A stretch of 64,000 nucleotides of DNA, taken from contig OY759599.1 in the NCBI GenBank assembly GCA_963662465.1, positions 352,001 to 416,000 on the forward strand, read 5' to 3'. The notes under the pieces were generated by a model that saw only the letters and a list, made by a program, of their open reading frames with translations, was not told where the DNA came from and made no database searches. Positions 10,289 through 20,725 of the stretch are shown here, one piece after another. This DNA comes from Desulfatiglandales bacterium. GTDB taxonomy: Bacteria; Desulfobacterota; DSM-4660; Desulfatiglandales; Desulfatiglandaceae. Position 1 is the stretch's first letter. The number at the start of each line of letters is the position of its first letter. The translations under genes and the position numbers were made by a program.

Positions 10289-11667
10289 AGATCAAAAAAG
10301 TCTCCCGCGATATAATCGAGAATAATGTTTTCCAGACGCGACAAATCAAAAAGTCCATATTTAAGCGCCTGTGTTATGGCTTTCAAAAAAGGTTCCCCGG
10401 GATAAGTGCGTTTCAGATGAAGCAACCGACGTAACTTGACCACACCGCGACCGTGACTTCTTTTCTTCAGTTCAGCCACATACTCATCCAGGATGGCATC
10501 CTCTCCCGTCAACAGCTGTTCTTCTTTTGAAGGGATTCGGGGATCTTTTTTTCTTCGAATGGGAACATGGTGACCGGGCAGGGTTGTTCGGGTGTTGCGT
10601 TTATCCAGTATGCGGTCATGTTCCGCCACTTTTGTGTTTTTGTCGTAAACGATGACCTTGAGCCAATGTTTCTGTACTTCCAGGGAGTTCCCAATCAGCG
10701 CTTCAGGGACTGAATAGCGGTTGGTGTCCAAGTGCACATATCCCTGAACATCGGCTACCCTGTGTTCTGCCACATAGACTGGCGGCTGGTATGCCGGTAA
10801 ATCAATGAGATATGGCTTTTCAATGACATAGGCCTCATCCGGCGTCATCCCTAAAGCCCGTTTAAACTTTTTATCGCTTGTATTCCGGCACCAGTCGATT
10901 GCCTGCCGGTTCAAATCCTGCCAGCTAACAAATGTTCTACCGGGAAGAAAATTGTTTTCCACAAAATGAAAAGGCCTTTCCACACGGGCACTTCGATTGG
11001 CGTCTCCTACAGCATGGGCCTCAAACCGGGTTCCATACATATCGCCGAAGTATTTCATTTCAGGCGCAATCAATGCATCAGGCCCGGTGCCGCCGGCCAC
11101 AATAACATTGGTGTTGTCAACCATGCACCGGGAACACACCCCGTCCATAAACTCGAATGCTTTTTTTAGGAAAACCTTGCACTCAAACCGGGTAAAACAG
11201 GGGTAATACTGAATAAAAATCCTTCGGCAAAAGGCCAGGGTCAGGGACGCGCACTGGGTCGACATTTTTTTCCCATTAATGACAACCAGATGGGGTGACG
11301 TATCATGCTGCATCTCCTGACCGGGTTTAAAATGGTATTGGCCCGCCCGTCTTTTTTTACGTTCCCGGATCTCGTACTTTCTCATAATCCAGGTCAGACT
11401 CTGATAAGGGATTTTGATCTGTTGGCGGCTTTCCAGTTCCTCGGCTACTCGCACGGCATTTCCTTTACATTCCTTGAAAAGCTCGCGGATCAACGGGACA
11501 TGTTCTTCATACCGGGAGTTCCTTTGGGGTACCGCCTCTTCGTCATGATCATCTAAAACCTTCGTGACGGTATTGCGACCGGCCTTCAGGGTTTTGGCGA
11601 TGTCGCGCAAACTCATGCCGGTTTTTTTCAATTCCACAATGGCATCTTTTTTGGATTGTCGGATCAT
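10285..11667 (-). CDS. istA: IS21-family DDE transposase
   Basis: N-terminal HTH, PGQEMQHD, MVDNT, ARVERPF, NRYSVP. Confidence 0.95.
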   Translation of the reverse strand: MIRQSKKDAIVELKKTGMSLRDIAKTLKAGRNTVTKVLDDHDEEAVPQRNSRYEEHVPLIRELFKECKGNAVRVAEELESRQQIKIPYQSLTWIMRKYEIRERKKRRAGQYHFKPGQEMQHDTSPHLVVINGKKMSTQCASLTLAFCRRIFIQYYPCFTRFECKVFLKKAFEFMDGVCSRCMVDNTNVIVAGGTGPDALIAPEMKYFGDMYGTRFEAHAVGDANRSARVERPFHFVENNFLPGRTFVSWQDLNRQAIDWCRNTSDKKFKRALGMTPDEAYVIEKPYLIDLPAYQPPVYVAEHRVADVQGYVHLDTNRYSVPEALIGNSLEVQKHWLKVIVYDKNTKVAEHDRILDKRNTRTTLPGHHVPIRRKKDPRIPSKEEQLLTGEDAILDEYVAELKKRSHGRGVVKLRRLLHLKRTYPGEPFLKAITQALKYGLFDLSRLENIILDYIAGDFFDL

Positions 11668-12548
11668 AATTGGGTCGCTTTCTTGAGTTCCAGTGCTTGT
11701 TTTTCTATCTTTTTCACCCAGGTTTTGAGCGTTTGTTTCTTCAACTGATCGCTTTTTGGGTAATGGACATGCGAAACGGTTTTCACCAGACGTTTGAGAA
11801 CCGCATATACCATTTCAATATCCTTGAACCATTTGCCTTCCGGTCCATCATGAACTTCTTTGGCTTGTTTAGACTGGGTTCTTTGTTCGAGAACTTTTAT
11901 GAAAAGGGATGGATTTTCCAGCATGTGGTCTCGAACAGACCGGTTGCTTTTCTGGTAATGTGCGTAGAAACGGGCCAGTTCCCTTGTGGATAGAGGTTCT
12001 TTTTCCAGGTGGGCCAACAGTTTTTGTGCGTCTTCACCGTTGGCGCGCGCCAACGGCGCCATGACACGGCTGGCAGCCCAGGTTGAAAGTGAGCCTGCAA
12101 TCACGGTTCTCAAAATATTTTCCGGCAGGGCTTCAACCAGGTCCAGCCGCCGTTTTACAAAACTCTTGTCGCGCCCTATTCGGGTTGCAATATGGGAGAG
12201 GCTGCACCCAAAACGCCGATGTAATTCCTGAAGTAAAACAGACTGCTCAATGACTTCCCATTGCCGTTCATTGGCCTTGGTTAAAAGCGAAAACATGGCA
12301 TTTTGTTCGTTTTCTTTTGAGAATTGGACACATATCCGGTCCTTTCCACAAGCACAAAGCGCTCGAACACGCAGGTAGCCATCAATCAGAATCAGTTTGT
12401 CTTTTTCTTCAATAGCCAGGGCCGGAACGATCTGCCCGTAAGTTTCGATGGAATCCCTCAATCGCTTTAAAGCCTGGTGATTCATTATCCGGCAATGAGC
12501 GTAACGCAACTCCAGCAAATGAATATCAACGGTTCGGATGGATTCCAT
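11664..12548 (-). CDS. ParB/Spo0J-like protein
   Basis: LRDSIETYGQIVP...LIDGYLRVRAL followed by HTH (SLSHIATRIGRDKSFVKRRL). Confidence 0.85.
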   Translation of the reverse strand: MESIRTVDIHLLELRYAHCRIMNHQALKRLRDSIETYGQIVPALAIEEKDKLILIDGYLRVRALCACGKDRICVQFSKENEQNAMFSLLTKANERQWEVIEQSVLLQELHRRFGCSLSHIATRIGRDKSFVKRRLDLVEALPENILRTVIAGSLSTWAASRVMAPLARANGEDAQKLLAHLEKEPLSTRELARFYAHYQKSNRSVRDHMLENPSLFIKVLEQRTQSKQAKEVHDGPEGKWFKDIEMVYAVLKRLVKTVSHVHYPKSDQLKKQTLKTWVKKIEKQALELKKATQL

Positions 12549-12945
12549 ACCCAGTCTCCCGAAAGATTTCCTCTATGGTTTCTCCAAGACTGACCCAATT
12601 TCCTTGCCGGATCTCCTTTACCTGTTTCACAATCACAGGACGTCTGGGAAGCGAAAGAACCTGAAACAGACGGCCATCAAACCCAATCAGATCCTTGTCC
12701 AACAAGCCATCGCGGGCATCGATATATTGATCCAAATGCACCTTTAAAATCCGGCAGATTCTGTCGTAACCATAATAAGAGAGCCCGTTTTTGTCAGATA
12801 CCAACACCAGAAAAATGTAGAGCAGCAGCTCATGATGATTCAGGCTCTCCCAAAAGCCGTTTCTCAAAAAACGATGCTCCAGAAAGCCGAAGCTTCCATT
12901 GATGACACGCACTCTTTCGGGAAAAAGGACTCTTTTTTTGATCAT
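12526..12945 (-). CDS. Putative winged-helix protein of the transposon
   Basis: ELLLYIFLVLVSDKNGLSYYGYDRIC pattern; RBS present; overlaps the ParB-like gene start. Confidence 0.7.
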   Translation of the reverse strand: MIKKRVLFPERVRVINGSFGFLEHRFLRNGFWESLNHHELLLYIFLVLVSDKNGLSYYGYDRICRILKVHLDQYIDARDGLLDKDLIGFDGRLFQVLSLPRRPVIVKQVKEIRQGNWVSLGETIEEIFRETGYGIHPNR

Positions 12946-12957
12946 TTTTTTCTCCTG

Positions 12958-13401
12958 TCATGGATATGGGGTTTTCTCAAAGCCTGTTACATCTGAAAAA
13001 ACCCTCCCTGCATAAGCACGGCGAGGAAAATGGTCCACAACAACCCCGATCGACCCGCAAAAAAGACAGCTGGGTCGGTTCCCCGACCGCTTTTTGGGTT
13101 CAATATCACAGTCTTTTTGAGGTGTTGAACTATCATCACCAGGGTTCAGTCCATTTTTTTTGGATTTTTTTGTTTTTTCGTACAAACGACGGCGCTCTTT
13201 CCCTTTTTTCGAATTGCGGTATTTCCCCTGAGCTTTCCGGTGCAGCTGTCTTTGGCGTATCCTGCGACATCGTTCCCCACAATAGGCCTGGCCACGCCAA
13301 CACGACCGACAGACGTGAAAAAAGCAACCACAACATCGGCATTGAACCACTCTTAAAAGGACATCTCCCATCATTCCGGCCTTGCAATTGGCCGGAAACA
13401 C
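12958..13401 (-). CDS. Cys-rich putative zinc-finger protein
   Basis: CRCC..CRSCWRGQAYCGERC and C-terminal CLFCG. Confidence 0.65.
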   Translation of the reverse strand: MFPANCKAGMMGDVLLRVVQCRCCGCFFHVCRSCWRGQAYCGERCRRIRQRQLHRKAQGKYRNSKKGKERRRLYEKTKKSKKNGLNPGDDSSTPQKDCDIEPKKRSGNRPSCLFCGSIGVVVDHFPRRAYAGRVFSDVTGFEKTPYP

Positions 13402-15800
13402 ACTTATATAAAATTGGCGTGTGTGTGGCTTCCGGCTCTATCCGGTGGTCAAAAAAGAAGGCCCGAAGCGGCTACTTCGGGCCTTCACCATCCATTCTAC
13501 AAAGTAAATCGCATTTCCACTTAACCAAGCCTCTGTCTTGGAAGAAGAAAACCAAATCCAAAGAAAATAGATTTTATAAAAATTTATTGAAAAGTAAATC
13601 TACATCAACGACTCCTTTGCCGCCACTTATGGATCCCTCATCGTCCGCTATACCTGAGGGCCGTACTCACTGGCGGTGACAGTCAATGGTTCAATTTCCA
13701 TTAGCAAACTTGGTTCAGTTTTGATTAGCGTTGAAGGAGTCGATGTATTCCCAATGGTCAAGCATTTTATGGATAAGCTTGATCTGTTCAATCTCTTTAC
13801 AAAGTATGTTCCGGCAGCACCCGATAGTCTCGCGAATCATGCTGAAAGCCTGTGCATATTAACAGCAAATATCATATGCGAGAACAAGCCACTTTACAAG
13901 ATTCAAGAGTGGTTGAGCCAATATTCCGATGGTCTTGTCGAAATGCCACTGGCGGCAAACCTTTTTAATGACGATCGACTTGCCAGGTCCCTTTCGGCGC
14001 TTTTTCGTTCAGACCGCAATTCGTTAATGACCGATGTGTCCGGAAACGCTATTTCTGTTCATAAATTGCTTACAGATGAAATTCATAATGACAGCACAAC
14101 GGTGACATTCATTGATAAATATGATAGCCCCGATTTGGAAGCGGTCAAGCTTAAACATGGGTACAACAAGGATTTCCGGCCTGACTGCAAACAGGTCGTA
14201 TTTGGTCTGAATATCACAGCAGATGGCCATGTTCCGCTGAGCTATAAACTTTTTGACGGCAATACCCCTGATGATGTCACGCATATACCGAACTGGAACG
14301 CTCTTCGTGCATTATTGGAAAAAGAAGATTTTATTTATGTTGCCGATTGCAAGCTGTGCAGCCAAAAGAATTTAAACCATATTGCAGAAAATGGTGGTTT
14401 TTTTATTACAATCGTCCCGAAGGATCGAAAAGAAGTTAAACGTTTCTTAAAGTATCTGAAAAAAAACGATGTAACATGGAAAGACGCTTTTAGCATTGAA
14501 AACTCACGGAAAAAAGGTGAGCTGAACATCTACAAAACATATGAGGCCGAACTAACAAAAAAAGGATACCGAATCATTTTTGTTCACAGCAGCCTAAAAC
14601 AGAAAGAGGATGAAGAAAGAAGACAAAAGAAAATAGAGAATGCAATTGGGAAATTAGAGCAGTTATCACCGAAACTAAATGCGTATCATTTAAAAACCAA
14701 AAAAGAGATCAAAGCAGCCATTGATAATATTTGCAAGGAAATTAAAGGGTTAGTCGATGTTGAGATATTGACTGAGCGCAAACAGGTTAGGGTGAAGGTA
14801 TCTCCCGGTAGGCCTTCCTTCGAAAGCGCCTACAAAAACAAATGGGAATTTACGTACAGCATTCAATGGAAATTAAACGAACAAACCATCGCCGAAACGT
14901 CAAAAACGGATGGGATTTTTCCGTTGATCACCAATACCAAACTTGAAGCCAGCGAAGTATTAGGAAAATATAAAAAGCAATCGTTCCTTGAAAAGCGTAT
15001 GTACACCAAAAAGACTGTTCTGGAAGTAGCCCCTGTTTTCCTAAAGAAGGAAAAGCGCATTGAAGCCATGCTCTTTCTATATTTTGTGGCATTAATGATA
15101 GTATCTTTTATCGAACGAAAAATACGCATGAATATGGCAAACGAAAACATAGAAAAATTGCCGATTTTGCCTCAGGGAATGAATACAAAAAAACCGACAT
15201 GGAACAACATCCGGTACTTCTTTCGGAATGTCCACTACTCGCAGATAGTTCGCGATGGAGTATGCATACAATCAGTAGTGAAAGGACTTAGATTCTTGCA
15301 TGAACAAATTAATCGGCTATTAGAAATCCCAGACACGATATATAAAAACCTCCAGGATGGTTGGTGGCAGTTTCAACATAATTGATCAGAATTTTTTTCG
15401 GAGATATTCAAGAAATATTTTCTGAGCGTGCGAAATGTAAGGTCTAATCTTGGATTATTGATTTTTATATTGTTTTTTTTACGGTTAATCAGTTGGTTGC
15501 GTAAACGCTGCTCCGCCGTTTCCTGGTATGGTGTTTCATATATGGATTTCATGATTTTTCTCCGCGCAAAGTGAAGTGTTGAAATAAATTGTAAAACGCA
15601 ATAGTTGTGCTTTGATAAGATTGCTTAACGCCATCGCCATCTTGGAGCGTGTAAATACAAGATATGGAATCAAGTTGATGGTAATAAATCAATGTAAAGT
15701 TTGGGTTCATTTTCTCAGTGTGAAAACGCAATAATTGTTTTGGAATCTTTAATTATATCAATATGTTTAGATACCTGTTTGAAAAAGAGCCGTATATTCT

Positions 15801-16679
15801 CTACCGGAACCTGGAATAATTTACCAATTTTAACCACTGTAAATCCCACTTACTTTTGGGGCCTTGCTTATGGGATTTGATATAATCCTTTTGAGCTTTG
15901 ATGTATTCAACCAGGTCTGGATAATTAAAAATCCCTTTATAAACTAGGAATTGTTGGGCCATTAATTCCATTGTGATATCATTTCTTGTGGAAAACTTCC
16001 CCCTGGTATTCCAGTTCAACAACCACTTTCCTAATTTTATTTTATTTATTATTTCGCCGGTAAGAAGATATTTCTTGGAATAATCTTCAAACCATTTGTC
16101 GATTTGAAATGCTAATAAATCGCCTATCTCTGTAATACCGGTTTTTTCCGTTACCTGTTTGGGATAGTAGATAAAGAATTCTTGGTGAATTGATGGAAGA
16201 TTAGAAACTTTTGAAACTCTTGCATAACGCCGGAAACCGAAAAACCTGGAAAAGTCCTTCCCGGTGATGGTACCGAATTTTTCTGGATCTGGTTCAAAGA
16301 TTTTATCAAAGTCGTTTTGATCAAAGATGTTTCGGTTTCTGGACCATTTCTTTCTTGTGTTCTTTATAAGTTTTCTTGTTTGTTCATCTGCTTCATTTCT
16401 GGAATTGCAACTCTGATCCTTGGCAATTTCTAAATGAGATATTTTGTAATCTTTGAGTATATGTTCATGGTCGAAAAGGATCTGGAGACAATCAAAAGTT
16501 GGGGCCACTATATCAATCTGTGATCTGTATTTCGTAAATTCCGTGGCTTTGTATTTGCCGTGAATATCAACAGATCTGCAATGTTGCGCCAATAGATCCA
16601 TTGGCAAAGCATCAATGATTGTGTTGGGATATTCCACGCTGTAAATCCAGATCCGATCAAAATAGTATATTGTTTCCAT
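15801..16679 (-). CDS. Hypothetical protein (possible replication protein of the island)
   Basis: 292-aa AT-rich ORF downstream of the HTH gene; no motif I can name. Confidence 0.6.
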   Translation of the reverse strand: METIYYFDRIWIYSVEYPNTIIDALPMDLLAQHCRSVDIHGKYKATEFTKYRSQIDIVAPTFDCLQILFDHEHILKDYKISHLEIAKDQSCNSRNEADEQTRKLIKNTRKKWSRNRNIFDQNDFDKIFEPDPEKFGTITGKDFSRFFGFRRYARVSKVSNLPSIHQEFFIYYPKQVTEKTGITEIGDLLAFQIDKWFEDYSKKYLLTGEIINKIKLGKWLLNWNTRGKFSTRNDITMELMAQQFLVYKGIFNYPDLVEYIKAQKDYIKSHKQGPKSKWDLQWLKLVNYSRFR

Positions 16680-16769
16680 TGCCGCCCCTCAGCGGTATGC
16701 AGGGGCTGGATGATATGAGGGTATCATCCGCCCATTGCCCCATTGGCTGCCCCTGCAAGTGTTAAACTG

Positions 16770-16982
16770 TTAGTCCTCATCCTCTAGCATGATTTCGTGT
16801 AACAAAAATGACACGGCATCCTTGCTTAATTTCCCGGGAAATTGATCCCACGTTGCACCTGGCTCGATTGTAACGGGTAGCACCATTCTTTCCGTCGTTT
16901 CCTTCCCGTTTTCGGTCAACAAAACAATTTCGATTTCACCTGTTTGGCCTTCAATTTTTTTGGTATTTTTAACTTTATACAT
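16770..16982 (-). CDS. Small hypothetical protein
   Basis: MYKVKN start after a purine-rich RBS, overlapping the stop of the upstream HTH gene. Confidence 0.55.
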   Translation of the reverse strand: MYKVKNTKKIEGQTGEIEIVLLTENGKETTERMVLPVTIEPGATWDQFPGKLSKDAVSFLLHEIMLEDED

Positions 16983-17247
16983 TTTTATTTCCCCCCTTTG
17001 GTATCGGTTTAATCTTCCGTTTCTTCTTTGCTGGTTCTGGTTCTGGTTCCTGCAATTTTTCCAATATGATTTTAATTTCATTTTCTACGGTTTCCGGCAT
17101 GGGAGAAATGCCTCTTAACCACTGAGATAGTTGGCTTTGATTAATTCCAATGGCAAGGGCAAGGTCATATTGTGCTATGCCCACATTGCTTAATGCTTGC
17201 CTATGTGGATGCTCCGTGTATTCGTTCAATGTTATTTTATATTTCAT
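16975..17247 (-). CDS. XRE-family HTH regulator
   Basis: IAQYDLALAIGINQSQLSQWLRG. Confidence 0.85.
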   Translation of the reverse strand: MKYKITLNEYTEHPHRQALSNVGIAQYDLALAIGINQSQLSQWLRGISPMPETVENEIKIILEKLQEPEPEPAKKKRKIKPIPKGGNKNV

Positions 17248-17539
17248 CTTCTTTTCCCCTATAATTTATTTTTGTTTCAGTATAATCATCAAATCACCCC
17301 GTCGTCAATCAATATTTATTTTTATGATGGCGTGTTAGGCTACATTAAGTACAATAATCTCTCTGGCGGTATCTTTAAGGCGGTTTTTTGCCTGATATTT
17401 TTTTTTGAATTATTTTTTCAGGTGAAGATTTCAGGGTGTATTTTCAGGGGGGCAGAATAGATCAAAAGTTGTGCACCTGTTGTTCACCACTGAAAATATG
17501 TTCTGAAAAGATAATAAAAACAGGTGTTTAGTTGGTAAA

Positions 17540-17569
17540 TGCGGGTTCAAGTCCCGCCTTCGGCACCAT
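17540..17569 (+). repeat. att direct repeat (tRNA-Leu 3' end)
   Basis: Identical to 1584-1613. Confidence 0.92.
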
Positions 17570-17935
17570 AAAAAAATCAAATACTTACCTGAACAGGCTG
17601 CTTTTTTAAGTGGCCTTTTTTTCGTCCAAGGTAATATTTTGGGTAACATTTTGGAAAAAGACCTCCAGCGTTTTAACGGCCTGCCGGGTATCATCCAAGT
17701 CAACCGTGTTGTATCTATCAAACATTTCCCGTGTTGAATGACCGGTAATCGCCATGATAACGCTCTCCGGTACGCCTGCCTTTCTCATATTTGTGTTAAA
17801 TGTATGCCGTAGGTCGTGAAAAATGAAGCCGTCTTTCTTGAAACGTCCATAAACGATGTCAGATTTTTTGCAGGCTTTGACTAATCCTGTGCGGATATCG
17901 GAAACGGGGGTTCCACGAAAAAGAAAAATATGATT

Positions 17936-19678
17936 GGCTCATCGCGGATTAACGTGAAAAATCGATATTTCGAACCAAAGATGTCAGATGTCAAAAGCTC
18001 CGCGTATTCCTACACTCTGCGTGAGAATGCGCTTTGGACGCTCTGCGTCCACTGGGATAAGGCAATGAAGAGCTAATACAAGATGGCTACCGACGCAAGG
18101 CAGGACAGTTTCTCATTTGTATGAACCTTGATTGACTTGATGACTTGATTTTTTATTCATGCTGCCGGCATCATCAAGGTTCAGGCGCTTACCTTGTTGA
18201 CTTGATTTACTTAGGCGCTTGTTATTATGAGCTCTTTTAAACTGTTGACTTTTTTGACTTATCGCGGAGTAACGCGAAAACCCGCGAATTGTGCGAGCGC
18301 CCGAAGCCTGAAGTTTGCAAAATTCCTGTAACCGTAAGCCGAGCGTATCATCGTCCTCAGTCCATTATTGAGCCCCTCGACAAAACCATTTGTGATTCGT
18401 TCGGTAAAATAATTGAGGATCTCCTTTCTCCAGTTTTTGAATGTAGCAACAAATTTGAGCAGGTATTTGTTGCCTGTTCGTTTTGCTTTTAGAACCCATG
18501 CGTCCAAAAAACGGGCTGCTTTTTCTCTGCAATGGATTTTCTCGAATATGGTGCGGAATTCTTCTTTAAGCAGGTACAAGGCGCGAAGATCAGGGCATGT
18601 TTTCAGTATGTTATCCAGATGTTCCGTCTCCTTTGGTGACAGTTCAGCCCGATTGCGTACAAGTATCCAGCGGCTGCCTTTGAGTAGTTTTTTCATTTCA
18701 TCAGAGCTTTCTTTCTGATATTTTGTGCGCAGCTGGGTCAGGCGCGTATTCAATTGTTTCATGACATGGAATCGGTCAACTACCACCTTCGCATGGGGCA
18801 GCTTGCTGCGGGCTGCTTGATCATAGGGCGCCCACATGTCAATGGAAACAAAACGGATAGATTTTTTCTCCATAGGACTCAAGGCTTCTATCCAATTTTC
18901 CAGGGTTTTTTTCTCCCTGTCAGGCAGGATAGCGAGTATGCATTTCCTATCAATATCAGAGATCACGAGTACGAATTGCTTGTGACGCTTTTTGATGGAA
19001 AGCTCATCAATTCCTAAGCCCCTGACAGGATAGGTGGCCGTAGATATCCGTTTCATTGCCGCCCAAAAGTTGAAGATATCTTTTACTGTAGAGTGGCTTA
19101 GCCCTTCATGAACTGCAACAGCCTTGCGGGTGCTTGTAAGACAGGCCTGATAAATATGCTGTTCGAAGGTTATGGATTGCCTGCGGTGGGAATCTACGAA
19201 GGGCAATTCTTCTACAAAAGTCCGACCACAATCTTCGCATTTGAAACGGCGAGAAAGAAAATGTAGGACAGTCTTTTTGCCCCACACATCCAAATGACGA
19301 ATAGATCGAGTTTCTTCTTGATGAATTTTCGTTGAAAGTGAGCCGCAATGTGGACACAAGGCAACCTCCTCGCGATGGGTACACCAAAGATGCAGAACTT
19401 CGTGTTCTCCTTCGCGACGAAGTGCAAACATCTTTACCCCGATGCTTGCAATGCCCAACAATTCGGTCAGAGTTTCATCCGCAACTTCTTTGAATTCTTG
19501 CAGGGTAATTCGCTTCACGGACTTCGCAGCATCCTTTATATAGGATGTAAAACGGGGTAGCAGTTTCATGGAAAATCCTCCTAATGAGCTTTTTCCATCC
19601 TATTTATACCTATTGGGGGAGAAAGTTCTCAAAAAAATGACAGGCGAAACATTTTTTCACGTTAATCCGCGTTGAGCC
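17936..19678 (-). mobile_element. ISL3-family insertion sequence
   Basis: IRs GGCTCA(T/A)CGCGGATTAACGTGAAAAA; 8-bp TSD ATATGATT (17928-17935, 19679-19686). Confidence 0.95.
18259..19569 (-). CDS. ISL3 transposase
   Basis: CPHCG and CEDC zinc finger, GIDELS, SIDMW, DRFHV, TNGFVEGLNN, AYGYRNF. Confidence 0.95.
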   Translation of the reverse strand: MKLLPRFTSYIKDAAKSVKRITLQEFKEVADETLTELLGIASIGVKMFALRREGEHEVLHLWCTHREEVALCPHCGSLSTKIHQEETRSIRHLDVWGKKTVLHFLSRRFKCEDCGRTFVEELPFVDSHRRQSITFEQHIYQACLTSTRKAVAVHEGLSHSTVKDIFNFWAAMKRISTATYPVRGLGIDELSIKKRHKQFVLVISDIDRKCILAILPDREKKTLENWIEALSPMEKKSIRFVSIDMWAPYDQAARSKLPHAKVVVDRFHVMKQLNTRLTQLRTKYQKESSDEMKKLLKGSRWILVRNRAELSPKETEHLDNILKTCPDLRALYLLKEEFRTIFEKIHCREKAARFLDAWVLKAKRTGNKYLLKFVATFKNWRKEILNYFTERITNGFVEGLNNGLRTMIRSAYGYRNFANFRLRALAQFAGFRVTPR

Positions 19679-20420
19679 ATATGATTGTCGTGAAGATGCC
19701 GTGCTGAATTCCCACAAAGCCGGGTGAATTCGTCATGGGTCATAATCCGGTCCCTGATATCAGCACCTTTTTTGAGAACATTCTTGACGACCTTAAACGT
19801 CCGCATGGTTTCGCCGCTTATCATTCTATTGTCGAATGCCTTTGAAACCATGGTGCGGGTTTTGCCGATCTCATGGTCAATGGTCGCTGGGGCCATGCCT
19901 GCTTTAAGGCGGATAGCCTGATAGTTCTCCAGGTCCGCCGGTGTGATCTTGGCAATAATGGTTCTGCCATAAACTTTGTTGAATTTCACAAGGGATATCC
20001 TGATAGTATCGTATGAAGCCAGAGCCTTAACCTTTTCCAATTTCAGATACCAGTTGGTCAATTCCTGAAACGTCATTTTCGCATCGGCTTTGATATCGAA
20101 AAGACGGCCTTCCTTTTTCTGTGTCTTTTTCTTGCCGTCCGCCGTCCGGGCCTCCTCGATGGACGTGCCCATGGGCTCTTGCTTCTGCTTTCCGCTGGGG
20201 AGCCTGTAACTGATCCAGTATATCAGCTTTTTCCCTGACTTGGCCTTATTCAGATCAGATCCGCACATTTTACAGAGCTTATTTTTAATGGATTGCCGGG
20301 TTTTGCATACCGGGCACTGAGCCAGAATTCCCATAAATACCACCTCCGAAAATATACGATTGTTTCGGGTATTGTTTCATGATATCATGTCTTCATCCGT
20401 TTAGGGAAAGGGAAATTGCC

Positions 20421-20684
20421 ATGGGCGCCACCATCACATTTGACACGTTCGAAAACGTCAAGAGGTTAAAAGCAGTCGGTTTTACTGAGGAGCAGGCTGC
20501 CGAACAGACAAAAATTATCAGCGAATTAATAGAAAACCGCCTTGCCACAAAACAGGATATGGAGTTGATTAGACGTGACATGCGAGAGCTTGAACTCAGG
20601 CTTAAACATGATTTAACAATGCGAATGGGAACAATCTCAGCAGCCTCCATCGCCATTGTTGCCGCCCTGGTTAAGCTTCTGTAG
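20421..20684 (+). CDS. DUF1640/CCDC90-like protein
   Basis: FDT..VKRLKAVGFTEEQA...LATKQD with C-terminal TM helix. Confidence 0.8.
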   Translation: MGATITFDTFENVKRLKAVGFTEEQAAEQTKIISELIENRLATKQDMELIRRDMRELELRLKHDLTMRMGTISAASIAIVAALVKLL

Positions 20685-20725
20685 GCCCCTCCCAGGGAAC
20701 CCCAAATAGTCCGGGCCCCTGTGCA

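Larger units (their letters stand above)
8993..13736 (-). mobile_element. 4.7-kb IstA/IstB transposon with accessory genes, copy 1
   Basis: Imperfect ~35-bp IRs CTTGGGCGCTAACCAAAATGGAACC and CTTCAACGCTAATCAAAACTGAACC; 7-bp TSD GAGTCGA (8986-8992, 13737-13743); near-identical inverted copy at 42099-46823. Confidence 0.92.
8958..15385 (+). pseudogene. IS1634-family transposase split after about codon 11
   Basis: MEQFETRFKRVD (8958) joins VFPMVKHF (about 13745); FNDDRLARSL, HNDSTT, HGYNKDFRPDCKQ, YVADCKL motifs. Confidence 0.85.
8717..15441 (+). mobile_element. IS1634-family element, interrupted by a 4.7-kb insertion
   Basis: 14-bp IR CTTACATTTCGCAC; 6-bp TSD GTCTAA at 8711-8716 and 15442-15447. 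Confidence 0.9.
1584..17569. mobile_element. Complete ~16-kb tRNA-Leu-targeted integrative island
   Basis: 30-bp direct repeat TGCGGGTTCAAGTCCCGCCTTCGGCACCAT at 1584-1613 and 17540-17569; integrase at left end; arm-type sites GTTGTGCACCTGTTGT(G/T)CACC at 1662-1682 and 17468-17488. Confidence 0.9.
17606..20343 (-). pseudogene. Tyrosine integrase, split by ISL3 and internally deleted
   Basis: N-part 19679-20343; C-part FHDLRHT...GHSTREMFDRY at 17606-17935; the rejoined protein (RHL-HDNHIFL) lacks the first catalytic Arg box. Confidence 0.85.

Noticed and set aside
12960..13679. 239-aa ORF (and its copy at 42156-42875)
   Set aside because: Antisense to the Cys-rich gene of the transposon operon; no motifs
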